Source: Scenedesmus sp. PABB004 (Eukaryota). From it: a DNA stretch of 64,000 nucleotides. Below are positions 1 to 11,313 of the stretch, piece by piece. The notes under the pieces were generated by a model. That model was not told where the DNA came from. It was given only the letters and a program-made list of their open reading frames with translations, and searched no databases. The stretch's first letter is position 1; the number at the start of each line of letters is the position of its first letter. A program made the position numbers and the translations under genes. The stretch is from the NCBI GenBank assembly GCA_014905635.1, contig JABVCE010000003.1:992001-1056000 (forward strand), in the 5' to 3' direction.

Positions 1-185
1 CGCGTCGCGCCATGAGCCCGCACAGCTGCCGTGGGTGTGCGTACTCATCGCCCGGGGCGGGCGCAGGCGTCACGCACCGACAGCCGCGCCGCCTGCTGCT
101 CCTGCCCGCCGCGGCCCGCTCCCACCTGGGCGCGCGCTGCCGCCCCATGGAAGCGCTGGCGTAGGCTCTGCCACTCGTCAGAGCG

Positions 186-3100
186 ATGGGCGAGCAGCAG
201 CAGCACGGCGCCGGCGCCAGCGGCGCCGCGCCGCCCGCCGGCGCCGCTGCTGCGCCCGGCGCGGCCGCTCCGGCGCCCGGCGCGGCGTACCAGGTCGCGG
301 GCTTCGAGGTCCGCTTCCCGCACGAGGCGTACGGCGTGCAGAAGGTGTTTATGAACCAGGTGCTGCGGGCGATCGACCACGAGGAGAACGCGCTGCTCGA
401 GGCGCCGACGGGCTGCGGCAAGACGCTCTCGCTGCTCTGCGGCGCGCTGGCGTGGCAGAGCGCGCAGAAGGCCAAGCGCGCGGCGGCCGAGGCGGCCAAG
501 CGCGCGGCGGCCGCGGCGGCGGGCGCCGGCGAGGAGGGCAAGGGCTGCTTCGCCGACGCGCAGCAGGCCTGCTGCGCGGTGCCCGCGCCCGGCGCGGCCG
601 ACGCCGACGACGCGTCGCCCCCGCCGCCGGACGAGCCCGTGACGGTGCCCAAGATCTACTACGCGACGCGCACGCACTCGCAGATCGCGCAGGCGCGGCG
701 CGCGCAGGGGCGGCCGGGAGCGCAGCGCGCGCAGCGCGCACAGCGCGCGCACCGCGCACGCTCACCAGCCGCCGCCGCCACTGCCCTGGCAGGTGGTGCG
801 CGAGCTCAAGCGCACCGCCTACCGCCCCAAGATGACCGTGCTGGTGCGCCGCCGCCGCCGCCGCCCGCCGCCCGCCGCCCGGCGCGAGCGCCTTGCAGGA
901 CGCGGCCGCGCGCGCTCACCCGCCGCGCCCGCCGTGCGCCGCGCCCGCCGCCCGTTCTGCAAGGGCGCGCGGTCGCACTACTGCATCAACCGCGCCGTCG
1001 TGCGCAGCGGCGCGATCGACGCCAAGTGCGAGGAGCTGCTCAAGGAGCGGTCGGGCTGCCCCTACAAGAAGAACGCGGTCACGCTCACGCACGGCGTCGT
1101 GCAGGCGCGCCGCCGCCGCCGCCGCGCCGCGCGCCGCCGCCCGCCCCGTGCGCGCGCGCGCGCGCCACGGCCCCCGCGCTGAGCTGCCGCTCCGGCGCCT
1201 GCGGCGCGCCGGCAGGTGCACGACATCGAGGACCTCGCGCGCATCGGCACGCGCCGCAAGGCGTGCCCCTACTTTGCGGCGCGACACCTGGCCGACAGCG
1301 CGGAGCTCGTCTTCTGCCCCTACTCGTACCTGCTCGACCCGGGCATCCGCCGCGCGACCAAGGTGCAGGCAAGCGACGCGGTGCTCATCTTTGACGAGGC
1401 GCACAACATCGAGGACCAGGCCAGGCGCGCGCCGCCGCCGACGCGGCGAGCCCTCCCTGCGCCGCGCCGCGCCGCGCCGCGGCGAGCGCGCGCGCCGCGC
1501 CACGTGACGTGACGGCCGCCCCTCACGTGCCGCGCGCGCCAGGGAGGCGGGGTCGACGGAGCTGGACCTGGAGCAGCTCAAGCTCACCTTCCTCTCGCTC
1601 TCGCGCGCGGCGGCGATGAGCAGCGAGGCCGAGACGTACACGCCGCTGCGGGACGCGGTGCTCGCGGTGCGCCGCCGCGCTGCCGTGCCGCTTGCTGCTG
1701 CGCGTATGCGCCGCCGGCCTCGCTGCTCAGCGGCCGGCCGCGCGCGTGGGCACCGCGTGCCCACGCCGCGCCGCCGCGCGCCCGCGCCACCGCCCAGGTG
1801 ATCCAATGGCTCATTGGCCTCGCCGCCAACGGCGCCAGCTCCCCGGGCTTCAAGCAGTCCGGCTTTGAGCGCTTCGAGCGCATCTGGCGGGCCCGCCGGT
1901 GCGCGGCGGCGGCGGCGGCGGCGCGGCCGGCCCGCCCGCGCCGCCCGCGCGCCGCCTCACGCGCGGCAACCGCCGCGGCCGCGCGGCGGCCCCGCGCGCC
2001 AGATGGTCGCGGCGCTGGCCGAGGCGGGGCTGGGCCCGGTCGAGGTGGAGCAGCTGTGGACGTGCTACGAGCGCGCGCGCGCCGCCGAGGACAAGGCCGG
2101 CTTCGCGACCGGTGGGCCGCGTCGCGCCGGCGCCGCGGCTCGTGTGGCCGCGCGCCCCCGCCGCGCCGCGCGACGCCCTGCTGTCCGGCGGCTCACCGTG
2201 CCGCCGCGGGCCCGCAGAGGGCGAGGCGGCGCTGGAGGCGGTGCCGGCCACCGTGGAGAGCGCCAAGGCCGGCGGCGCGGCGCTCGGCTGCGTGGCCAAC
2301 CTGCTGACGGTGCTGCGGCTGATGTTTGGGACCTACACCGAGCCCGCCCCGGCCGGGCCCGGCGGCGCGGCCGAGCTGGCGGGCGGCGGCGGCGCGGGGC
2401 CGAGCGCGCCGGCGGGCGCGGCGGGCCTGCCGTCGCGCGCCGCGCTCAAGGCGCAGGGCGACTACGTGGCGGACTACCGGCTCGCTGTGCAGATGTGGGT
2501 GCCCCGCCAGGAGGGCGCCGGCAACGGACGGTGCGCGCGGCGGCCGGGCGGCGGAGGCCGGCCGCGCGGTGCCGGGCCGGGCGCGCGGCCGGGCCGCGGG
2601 CGGGCCGCGGGCGGGGCGGGGCTCACGCGGCCGCGCCGGCGCGCGCGCCCGCAGGGGCCGGCGCGGCGGGCGCGGCGGCGGCGGCCGAGGCGCCCAGCGC
2701 GGCCGAGTTCAGCGAGGCCGCGCCGGGCGTGGCGTCGAGCAGCTGGGGCATGGCGCTGTGCCTGTGGTGCCTCAACCCCGCGGTCGTGTTCCGCTCGCTC
2801 AGCGCCGTCGCGCGCAGCGTGCTGCTCGCGAGCGGCACGCTCTCCCCGCTCGACACCTTCTCGGGCGAGCTCGGCCTCGAGTTCCACGTCAAGCTCGAGG
2901 CGCCGCACGTCGTCGACATGCGCCGCCAGGCGAGCGCGCGCGCGCCGCGCCGGGGCGGGGCGTGCGTGCAGCAGAGAGCGCGCGCCGCGCGCGCGCGCGC
3001 GCGCGCGCGCTGTGCCGCGCCGACCGCGGCGCGCGCGGCCGCGCAGGTGATGGCGCGCGTCGTGTCGCACGGCCCCGACGGCCGCCTGCTCAACGCGACG

Positions 3101-5804
3101 TGGCGCGAGGCCGACAAGCTGGATTACCAGGACAGCCTCGGCCGCCTCGCGCTCGAGGTCTGCGGCGCCGTCCCCGACGGCGTGCTGCTCTTCCTGCCCA
3201 GCTACAGCCTCATGGACAAGCTCCGCGACCGCTGGAAGGTCCGGGGCCGCGGCGGCGCGGCGGGGCTGCCGAGACCGCAGCGCGCCACCGGGTGGCGGCC
3301 GGAGCCCCGCCGCGCAGCGCGCGGCGCGCAGCACGCTGCGCGCGCGCCGAGCCCCGCGCGCCGCGCGCGCCCGCAGGCGACGGGCGCGTGGGACGCGCTG
3401 TCGCGGCTCAAGGCGATCGTGCCGGAGCCGCGCGCGGCGGGCGAGGCGTTTGACGCCGCGATCGCCCAGTACTACGCGGCCATCGCCGGCGGCCGGGGCG
3501 GCCTCTTCATCGCAGTCTGCCGCGGCAAGGTGTGCGCCGCCGCCGCGGCGGCGCGCGCGCTCGGGGAGGGCGGGGAGGGCAGGGAGGGCGGGGGCAGGCG
3601 CGAGGCGGCGCGGGGGTGCCGCGCGCCGGGCTGCTGGCGCGCGCGAGCGCCGCGCCGCGCCGCGCCGCGCCACCGCGCAGGCGAGCGAGGGCATCGACTT
3701 TGCGGACGGCCACGCGCGCTGCGTGATGGTCGTGGGCATCCCCTTCCCAAACGTCAAGGCGCGCGCCGCGCGCGCGCGTGTGCCCGCGGGGCGCCGCCCC
3801 CGCGCCGCCGGCGCGCGCGCGCAGCGCGGCCCGGCTCGGCCCGACCCGCCGCGCCGCGCCGCCGCCGCGTCATCCGCACCCGCAGGACAGCAAGGTGGGG
3901 CTGAAGAAGGACTTCAACAACGCGAGCGCGGGCGGCCGCGGCGGCGGCGGCAGCGGCGCGCCGAAGCTGCTCAGCGGCGAGCTCTGGTACAGCCAGCAGG
4001 CGTTCCGCGCGCTCAACCAGGCGGTCGGGCGGTGCATCCGGCACCGCCACGACTACGGCGCCATCCTGCTGGTAGACGAGCGCTTCAGGCAGCCGCGCCA
4101 CCAGGGCGCGCTGTCAAAGTGGGTGCGCGGCGCGATCGCGTCGCCGCCGAGCACGCAGGCGATGCTCGCCGACCTGCGCGGCTTCTTCGACGGCCTCGCC
4201 GCCAACCCGCCCGGCGCGCGCCGGCGCCGCGGCCGGCGGCGCCGCACGCGGCGGGCAAGCCCGGCGCCGAGCGCGGCGGCGGCGGCGGCGCCAAGCCGGG
4301 CTACGAGGCGCACGCCGGCGGCGCCGGCGGCGGCGACGACGCCAAGGCGCGCTGGCGCCAGACGCTGCCGCCGTCCGGCCAGGCGGCGGGCAAGCCGCAC
4401 GCCGCTGACCCGCTGGCGCAGCGCAAGAAGGGCCGCACGTCGGGCCCGATGGACTCGTTTCTTGTCAAGCGCGAGCCCGCGGCGCCGGCCAAGCAGGAGC
4501 AGGCGGCGGCCAAGCCGGAGCAGGCGGCGGCCAAGCAGGAGCAGGCGGCGCCCAAGCAGGAGCAGGCGGCGGCCAAGCCAGCGCCGCCGGCGCCGGTGAA
4601 GCTGGAGCAGCCGGAGCAGGAGGCGCCCATGGCGCCGCCGCCGAGCGCCCCGCCCGGCGGTCCGGGCAACGCCGGCGGGATGGCGGTCACGGGCTGCCAG
4701 CCGCCGCAGGAGCCGCCGCAGCGCTCGCCGCTGCCGACGCCGGGGCGTCAGCGCACGCCGGTCAGCTGCCTGGACGCGCTCGTCGGCCCAGCGCCCCTGG
4801 CGCAGCTGGCGCCGGCGCCGCTGCTGGAGCAGCCGGCGCAGCAGCGACAGCAGCAGCAGCCGCAGCGAGCGCCGGCGCCGCAGCAGGCGCCGAGCGGCAC
4901 CGCGTTCAGCTCGGCGGGGCAGCTGATGGGCGGCGCTGGCAGCGCGCACGCCGCCGGTGCGCGGCCTGGGCCCGCCCCGCCGGCGCAGCCCGCCGCCGTC
5001 AGCGGCCCGCCGCCCACCGCGGGGCAGCTGGGGCGCCTGCGGGCGCTGGCGCGCCCGCCCAGCAGGCGCCAATGCCGTGCGTCGAGCCGGCGGCCGCCAG
5101 CGTGGCGGGGCCCAGCCAACGGCCGGCGGCGCAGCCGCCCGCGGCGCCGGGCGACGCGGCGCCGGGCGACGGCGCCGCGGCGGCGCAGCGCCTCGGCGTG
5201 GGCGCCTGGGCGCTGCAGCAGTGGGTCGGCAGCGACGTGGCCGCGATGTGCCAGCACCTGCGCGGCCAGGGCGTGGGCGAGGGCGGCGCGCGGGGCTGCA
5301 GCCTGCACCAGCTCGCCTGCTTCGGCGTGATGGGCAGCTTTGAGCTCGCCGCCGACGTGTGCGGCCGGTCGGCGCAGGGCCTGGCGGGCTTCTGGCCGCT
5401 GTGGTGCAGCCACCTGCCCACGGGCCTGCTCGTCGTCGCGGCGGCGGCGGGGCAGCTGCCGCCGGCGCCACCGCCGGCGGCGGCGGGCCCGCCCGCCCCC
5501 GGCTCGCTGGGCGCGCGGCTCGCGGCGCTCGCGGCGCAGCAGGCGGCGGGCCAGGCGCCGTGGCTGGCGGCCATGCGGCAGCGGAGGCTGGCCGACAACC
5601 TGCAGGACATGGCCGCCGCGTACGACCAGGTGGGCCCCGGGGGCGTACCCCCGCGCCGCGGCGGCGCGCGGGGCGGCTCGCGCGCAGTCCTCACCACGCC
5701 CCCGCGCGCCCCGCGCCGCGCCCCCCGCCGCAGGCGCTCGACGGCCTGGCGGAGCAGCCGCACCCGCAGCCGGTGGCCGCAGAGCCCGGGCAGCCGGCCT
5801 GGCC

Positions 5805-5858
<54 letters not shown>

Positions 5859-6435
5859 CCACCCTGGCCCGGGCCAGGGCTGGCAGCCGCAGCACCATCA
5901 CCAGCACCAGCCAGGCGTGCACCAGGTGCCGGTGCAGCAGCAGCAGCACCAGCAGCAGCTGCCGCGCTTCCAAGAGCACCAGCGGCCAGGGCCGGCAGCG
6001 GCGCCTGGCCCGGGCCAGTGTCAGCAGCCGGCGCACGCGGCGGCGTGGCAGCCGCAGCATCCGCCACAGCAGCAGCAGCAGTGGCACCAGCACCAGCGCC
6101 CGCCGCAGCACACGCAGCCGCAGGCCAGGCCCCAGCTCCAGCCGCACCAGCAGCCGCAGCAGCAGCACCAGGGTGTTTGGCAGCGGCAGGGGGGCGCGGC
6201 GCCGCCGAGCGGTCCGCCTGCCGGCGCGGCGCCGCCGAGCGGCCCCGTCGAGCTCTCGCAGTCGGCGCGCCAGCCCAAGCGCGCGGCGCTGCGCAGTGGC
6301 AAGTCGCAGCTGGCGGCACAGAAGCGCACGCGCCAGGCCGGCGACGGCGCCACGGCGGCGCCGCCCGGCGTGCCGCCGCCGGCGGGCCGCGCCGCGGCGG
6401 GGGACAGCGACACGGACAGCGACGACTTTCTGTGA
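186..6435 (+). CDS. Fe-S DEAH (XPD/Rad3 family) DNA helicase, FANCJ/RTEL1-like; ~14 exons; long low-complexity Q/P/A-rich C-terminus
   Basis: Spliced motifs: FPHEAYGVQ (Q motif), LLEAPTGCGKT (Walker A), IYYATRTHSQIAQ|VVRELK, LGARSHYC/CPY (Fe-S Cys), VHDIEDL..CPYF, FCPYSYLLDP, LIFDEAHNIED (motif II), WCLNPA, LASGTLSP, AVCRGK|ASEGIDF, VGIPFPNVK, RALNQAVGRCIRHRHDYGAILLVDERF. ATG 186; TGA 6433-6435. Apparent frame breaks near 4210-4230 and 5030. Confidence 0.9.
4481..4580 (+). repeat. Coding tandem repeat, 21-bp unit, ~4 copies (AAKQEQA-like)
   Basis: gcggccaagcaggagcaggcg-like units repeated inside the helicase C-terminal exon. Confidence 0.8.
5806..5856 (+). repeat. (CAG)n microsatellite encoding polyglutamine
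   Basis: Uninterrupted cag run in the last helicase exon. Confidence 0.9.
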
Positions 6436-6655
6436 GCGGAGCGCTGCGTGAGCGCTGCGTGAGAAACTTGCGCGGTTACCCCAACCGCACGCCCCCCGCT
6501 GCTGCTGTCTCAGCAGCCTGCCGCACGCGCCACCCCCGCCGCCGCCGCGGCCCGCGCTGCAGCTGCAGCGCTCCGCCGCCCCTCGCCCGCAATGCCCTAT
6601 GAGTACACCGATAGTACAGCTGGCGCGCCGCGCGCCCAGGGCTTCTGGTCCAGCC

Positions 6656-7632
6656 CTAGAAGAGGCGCCGCAGCAGGCGCCGCGCGGCCGCAGGGAGCGC
6701 CGCGCCGACGCGCGCCGCCGCCCGGCCGCCGCCGCCCTTGCCCAGCCACGCGCCCGGGAGCAGCGCCTGCACGAAGCTCGGCGGCTGCGCGCGGCGGCGG
6801 CCGCGGCGGCGGCGGCGGGAGTGAGGGGCGCGCCCGCTGGCTGGCTGGCTGGCTGGCGCACGCGCCTCCCAGGGCCGCGGCCTCACCAGCATCTCAAAGT
6901 GCACCACCACGCACATGAGCTCCTCGTCGTCCACGCCGCGCGCCACGACCTCGACGTCGTACTCGCCCTGCGGCACACAGCGCGGCGCGCTGCTGTGGCC
7001 CCGCGTCCGCCCCGCCGCCGTGCTGCGGCGCGGCACTGCGGCGCGGCACTGCGGCGCTGCGCAGCCGCGCTGCGCTGCCGCGCTGCGCTGCCGCTGCGCC
7101 GCGCTGCCCTGCCGCTGCGCCGCGCTGCCGCGCGCACCGGCGGCGCGATGGGCGGGAGGTCCTGGACGTAGGTGATGTCGATGGGCCCGGTCTTGATCGG
7201 GCAGGACGTCTTGCTGCAGAGGTCGTCGACCTCCTCGTAGATCTGCGTGTCCGCGAAGGAGACGTTGATGCTGATGAGGCCGTGCGGGACGTCGTGCACT
7301 GCGCGGCGGCGCGCGAGGGAGGGCAGGGAGCGGCGGTTGGCGCGGGGCGCGGGCGCGGCCGCAGCAGCAGCAGCGAGCGCGCGCGGCGTGGCGGCGCCGA
7401 CCGCGCCGCTGCGCGGCGGCCCGGGTGCCGCTCCTCTCCAGGGGGCCGCCGCCGCACCGGCGTTGCCCTTGATGACAAACGTGACCGAGCCGCCCGCCTG
7501 GGGCGGGTCGGGCGTCAGCTGCACCACGTCGGGCGTGAAGGGCACCTTGTCGGCGTCGCAGGGCGTCCAGGTGAAGGCCGAGGCCCCGCCCAGCGCCGCG
7601 ACGAGCGCGACAGCGGCGAGGAGGCCGCGCAT
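6656..7632 (-). CDS. ML (MD-2-related lipid-recognition)/NPC2-like protein, 4 exons, signal peptide
   Basis: MRGLLAAVALVAALGGASA signal peptide; FTWTPC..VQLTPDPPQAG..; DLCSKTSCPIKTG; LPPIAPP|GEYDV..ELMCVVVHF; last exon 6784-6656 ends in TAG. Confidence 0.85.
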
Positions 7633-7978
7633 GGTGGCTGATGGCAAAGCTGCTGCTGCTGCTGCCGTCGTCCCGCGGAGCAGGGAGCCAGCGGCGGCGG
7701 TCTGGAGCAGCTGCGATCGAGGCTCTGAGCGACTCTGCGCGGGGGGCGGGCCCGTTGCGAGCGCGCGGGCGCAGGTGTTTGCGACCGACCGCTCACATGA
7801 CTCTGGCCCGCGCCTCGATCGATCGCTGTCGCGGTGGTCCCGGCACCGAGCGCGCGCTCGGCGCGCAGCGGCGCGCAGCGAGAGCAGGAGAGCAGCCGCG
7901 CCGCGCGGCCCGTGCTCGCGGCGCGCGACATCTCGCCGCCGCAGCCCGCCACGCGGCAGCTGGTCGTCCCCGATCTCC

Positions 7979-9333
7979 ATGCCCGCGGCGGCGCGCCTGC
8001 CGGGCGCCGCGGCGGGCGCGGCGCGGCATGCCAGCGCGGCACCCCGCCCTGTCGCCGTCCGAGCGCTGTGCGGCGCGGGGGCGGGCCAATTGCGTCTCCC
8101 CCGGCCCGACCAGGCTCTGGGCGTGCCGGCGGCGGCGCAGCGGCGCCGCGCCGCGCCGGCGCCGCCGGCGACGCAGCAGTCGCCCGGCGGCCGGCGCGTG
8201 GCGGCGCGCGCCGCGCCGCCGGAGGCGCTCGCCGCGCTGGCGGGCCTGCAGGCGCTGCCCAACTGGGACTGGATCTGCGCGGCGCTCGCGGCGGTGTGCG
8301 CGTTTGTGTGGGTCAAGATGTTTGACGGCCTCGCCGCGGCGGGCCGGCTCGACAAGAAGCTGAGCCGCAAGCTCGTGCACATCACCGCCGGCCCGCTCTT
8401 CATGCTCACCTGGATCTTCTTCAGGTGGCCGCGCGGGGCCGCGGGGGCGGCGCGCGGCGGCGCGCGGGGCCGCAGGGACGGCACGCCGCGGGGCGGCAGA
8501 CCGACGCTGCCGCCGCCCGACGACGCCGCCGCCCGCCGCTGCGGCCCCGCCGCCACCGCCGCAGTGAGCAGCCGCAGGCGCGCTTCATCGCGGCGCTGGT
8601 GCCCAGCATCAACCTCGTCCGGTGAGGCGCGCGCGGACGGGGGCCCGCACACACGCCGCACGCGCCGCGCCCCGTCGCGCCGCCGCTGGCTGCGCGCGCC
8701 CCGCGGCCGACCCCGCGCCGGCCCCGTCCCGCCCCGCGCCGCCCCGCGCGCGCGTCCAGGCTGCTCGCGGTCGGCAGCGGCGCGCTGCCCGACCCGGGGC
8801 TCGTCGCGAGCGTGAGCCGCTCGGGCGACCGCGGCGAGCTGCTCAAGGGCCCGCTCTATTACGTCATCATCCTCATCAGCGTCACGCTGCTCTTCTGGCG
8901 CGTAAACCCCGCGGGGCTCATCACGGTCGCGATGATGGCCGGCGGCGACGGCGTCGCCGACGTCGCGGGGCGGCGCTGGGGCGGCGCGCCCGGGTGCGGC
9001 GGGGCGCTGCCGTGGAACGGCTCCAAGTCGTGGGCGGGCAGCGCGGGCATGTTTGTCGCGGGGCTGGCCATGGCGGGCGGCTTCTTCGCACTCTTCTGCG
9101 CGGCGGGGTACTTTGAGTGCTGGCCCCTCGCCGCGGTCGCGCCGTACCTGGTCGCCGTGTGCGGCGCGTGCACGCTCGTCGAGTCGGCGCCCATCAACGG
9201 CTGGTTCGACGACAACCTCAGCGTGCCCCTCGTCGCCGTGGGGCTCAGCCTCGCGCTGCTCCCGCTCGCGGCGTCGGCGGCGGCGGGCTGCGCGCTGCAC
9301 GCGCCGGCGCTGCAGATGCTGCACCTGGGCTGA
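7979..9333 (+). CDS. VTE5: Phytol kinase / farnesol kinase (CTP-dependent polyprenol kinase), likely plastid-targeted, 3 exons
   Basis: LSRKLVHITAGPLF; SRSGDRGELLKGPLYY; MAGGDGVADVAGRRWG; LPWNGSKSWAGS; DDNLSVP; Ala/Arg-rich transit-like N-terminus. VTE5 versus FOLK not resolvable by eye. Confidence 0.88.
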
Positions 9334-9782
9334 CGACGAGCGGCGCGCGCGCGCCGCCGGCGCGGCGGCGGCGGCGCGCTCGAGAGCGGGACTGCGGGGC
9401 TGCGTGCGGGCCGCTCGCGAGCAGCAGCAGCGCCTGCTGGCTCACCCTTTTTCGACCAGCTAGGTGGCGAGAGTGTGTCCCTCTGTGTGTGCGTGTGCCG
9501 GCACTGCGCGCCGCCATCATGCGGCGCGGCGCGGCCGAGTTTTGCGCGGCAGCGCGTTTTGGCGGCGCTCGCAGCGTGTTTTTTGTTGCCTCGTGGGCGC
9601 GCGCGCGTGCGTGTGCCCGTGAGCGAGTGTTTACCGCGGCGCAGCGCCTGCGCGGCGCGGTGACGCGCGCGGTCCCGCCCCGCCCCGCCCTCACACTCGC
9701 GCCCGGCCACCCCCACAGCAAGCTGCTGCTATTGGTACATGCTGCCGTTGTGGTACAGCGCGCCGGCGCCCGCGGCAGCGGC

Positions 9783-10975
9783 TCAGCTCAGCACCGGCGG
9801 CGGCGCGCTCTGCAGCAGCAGCCGCTTCACGCTGCCCAGCCCGAGCGCGAGGCGGCTGCCGCCCGACGTGCTGACCTCCCAGGGGAAGCTGCAGGGGCTC
9901 GCCGACACGACCGGCGGGATGTGCGCGCGGCGCTGGTTGAGCGCGGTGATGACCTCGCCCAGCAGCGCCTCCAGCGCGGCCTGCCGCTGCGCCTGGCGCA
10001 CGCTGCGGGCTGCGCGGCGGCGCGGCGCGGCGCGGCCGCCGTCGGCGGCGGCGGCGCGCCGCGGGCGTCGCCGCGCCACGCCACGCGCGCTGGGGGCGCG
10101 CACCGTTGGTGTAGGCGAGCGAGTGGTGGTCCTGCGCAAACACGTCAGACTGCACGATGCAAAAGTTGACGACCCTGCGGCGGGGCAGAGAGCGCAGCGG
10201 CGCGCGGCGTCGGGCGGCTGCGCGCGGCGGGCGCCGTCGTGCGCGGCCCCGCGCTGCCGCCGCGAGCGCGCACCACTTCTCCCAGAACAGTCGCTCGTCG
10301 CCCTTGCCAAACCAGCCGACCTGCCGCCGCCGCGGCTCGTAAAAGGCGAGCACCAGCTGCGCGTGCGGGGGTGGGGGGGGGCTCGGCTGCGTTGGCGGCG
10401 CCTGCTGCGGGGGCGGGCCGCCGCGCGCCGCGGCCCGCGCCCGCGTGCCGGCCGCGCCGCGCCTGCGCGACCTCCTGCGGCTTGCGCTCAAACGCGGCGC
10501 ACGCCTCGTCGATGCGCGCCTCCAGCCGCGCCACGACCTCCGGGTCGCCGCAGTGCACCTGCGGGCGCGCGGCGCGCGCTCGGGCACGCCCCGCCGCTGC
10601 TGCCGACCGCGCCGCTGTCGCGCCGCTGCCGCGCACGTATGTGATGTCGAACAGCTCGCTGTCCACGTCCACGGGCTTGACCTGGCCCAGCGATCGGTTG
10701 AAGAGGATCGTGTGCAGGACGCCTGCGGCGGGGGGCGCGCGGCGGTTGGCGCCGGGCGCTCGCTGCTGCTGCTGCTCCGCCGCTGGGGCCGCAGCGGCGG
10801 CGGACGCGGCGCGCGCTCACATCGCAGCACCTCGCGCACTTGGTGCAGCTCCACCTCCTGCGGCGCCGGGGCGGGCGGCGTGGCGGGCGCTGCGCGCAGC
10901 GGCGCCGCGGCGCGAGCAGCGGCGGACGCGGGCGCGCACCAGCGCGGAGAGGTTGAAGACCTCGCAGTTCGACAT
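9783..10975 (-). CDS. ATG101: Autophagy-related protein 101 (HORMA domain), ~7 exons
   Basis: MSNCEVFNL; VREVLRC|..LHTILFNRSLGQVKPVDVDSELFDITY|VHCGD; LAFYEPRRRQVGWFG (WF finger); WEKW; HIPPV..FPWEV. Confidence 0.9.
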
Positions 10976-11313
10976 CGCCGTCTGCTGCTTCTCGCGCCGC
11001 TGCTGCCTGTGCCGAGGAAGAGCTTGCAGACCAGGCCAGGCTGGGCAGCAGCAGAAGCGTCGCGTCTCAGCGCGCCCCCGCGGCTGCACGCCTCCGGGCG
11101 GGCTCCGCCGGCGCGCCAGCAGTGGCCCTGCTCGCGGCCTGCACCCCGCCGCCTCCACGCACTGCCCGGGCGACGCAGCGAGCAGCTGTCGGCGGCGCCA
11201 GCAGCAGCAGCGCAGGGCTCCTCAGCGCTCTCTCTGCCGTCGGGCGCGCTCCGGCCCCAGGCACGCACCGCGCCGTCTGGCGCGCGCGTCTGGCAAGCCG
11301 CTCCGGCGGCGCC

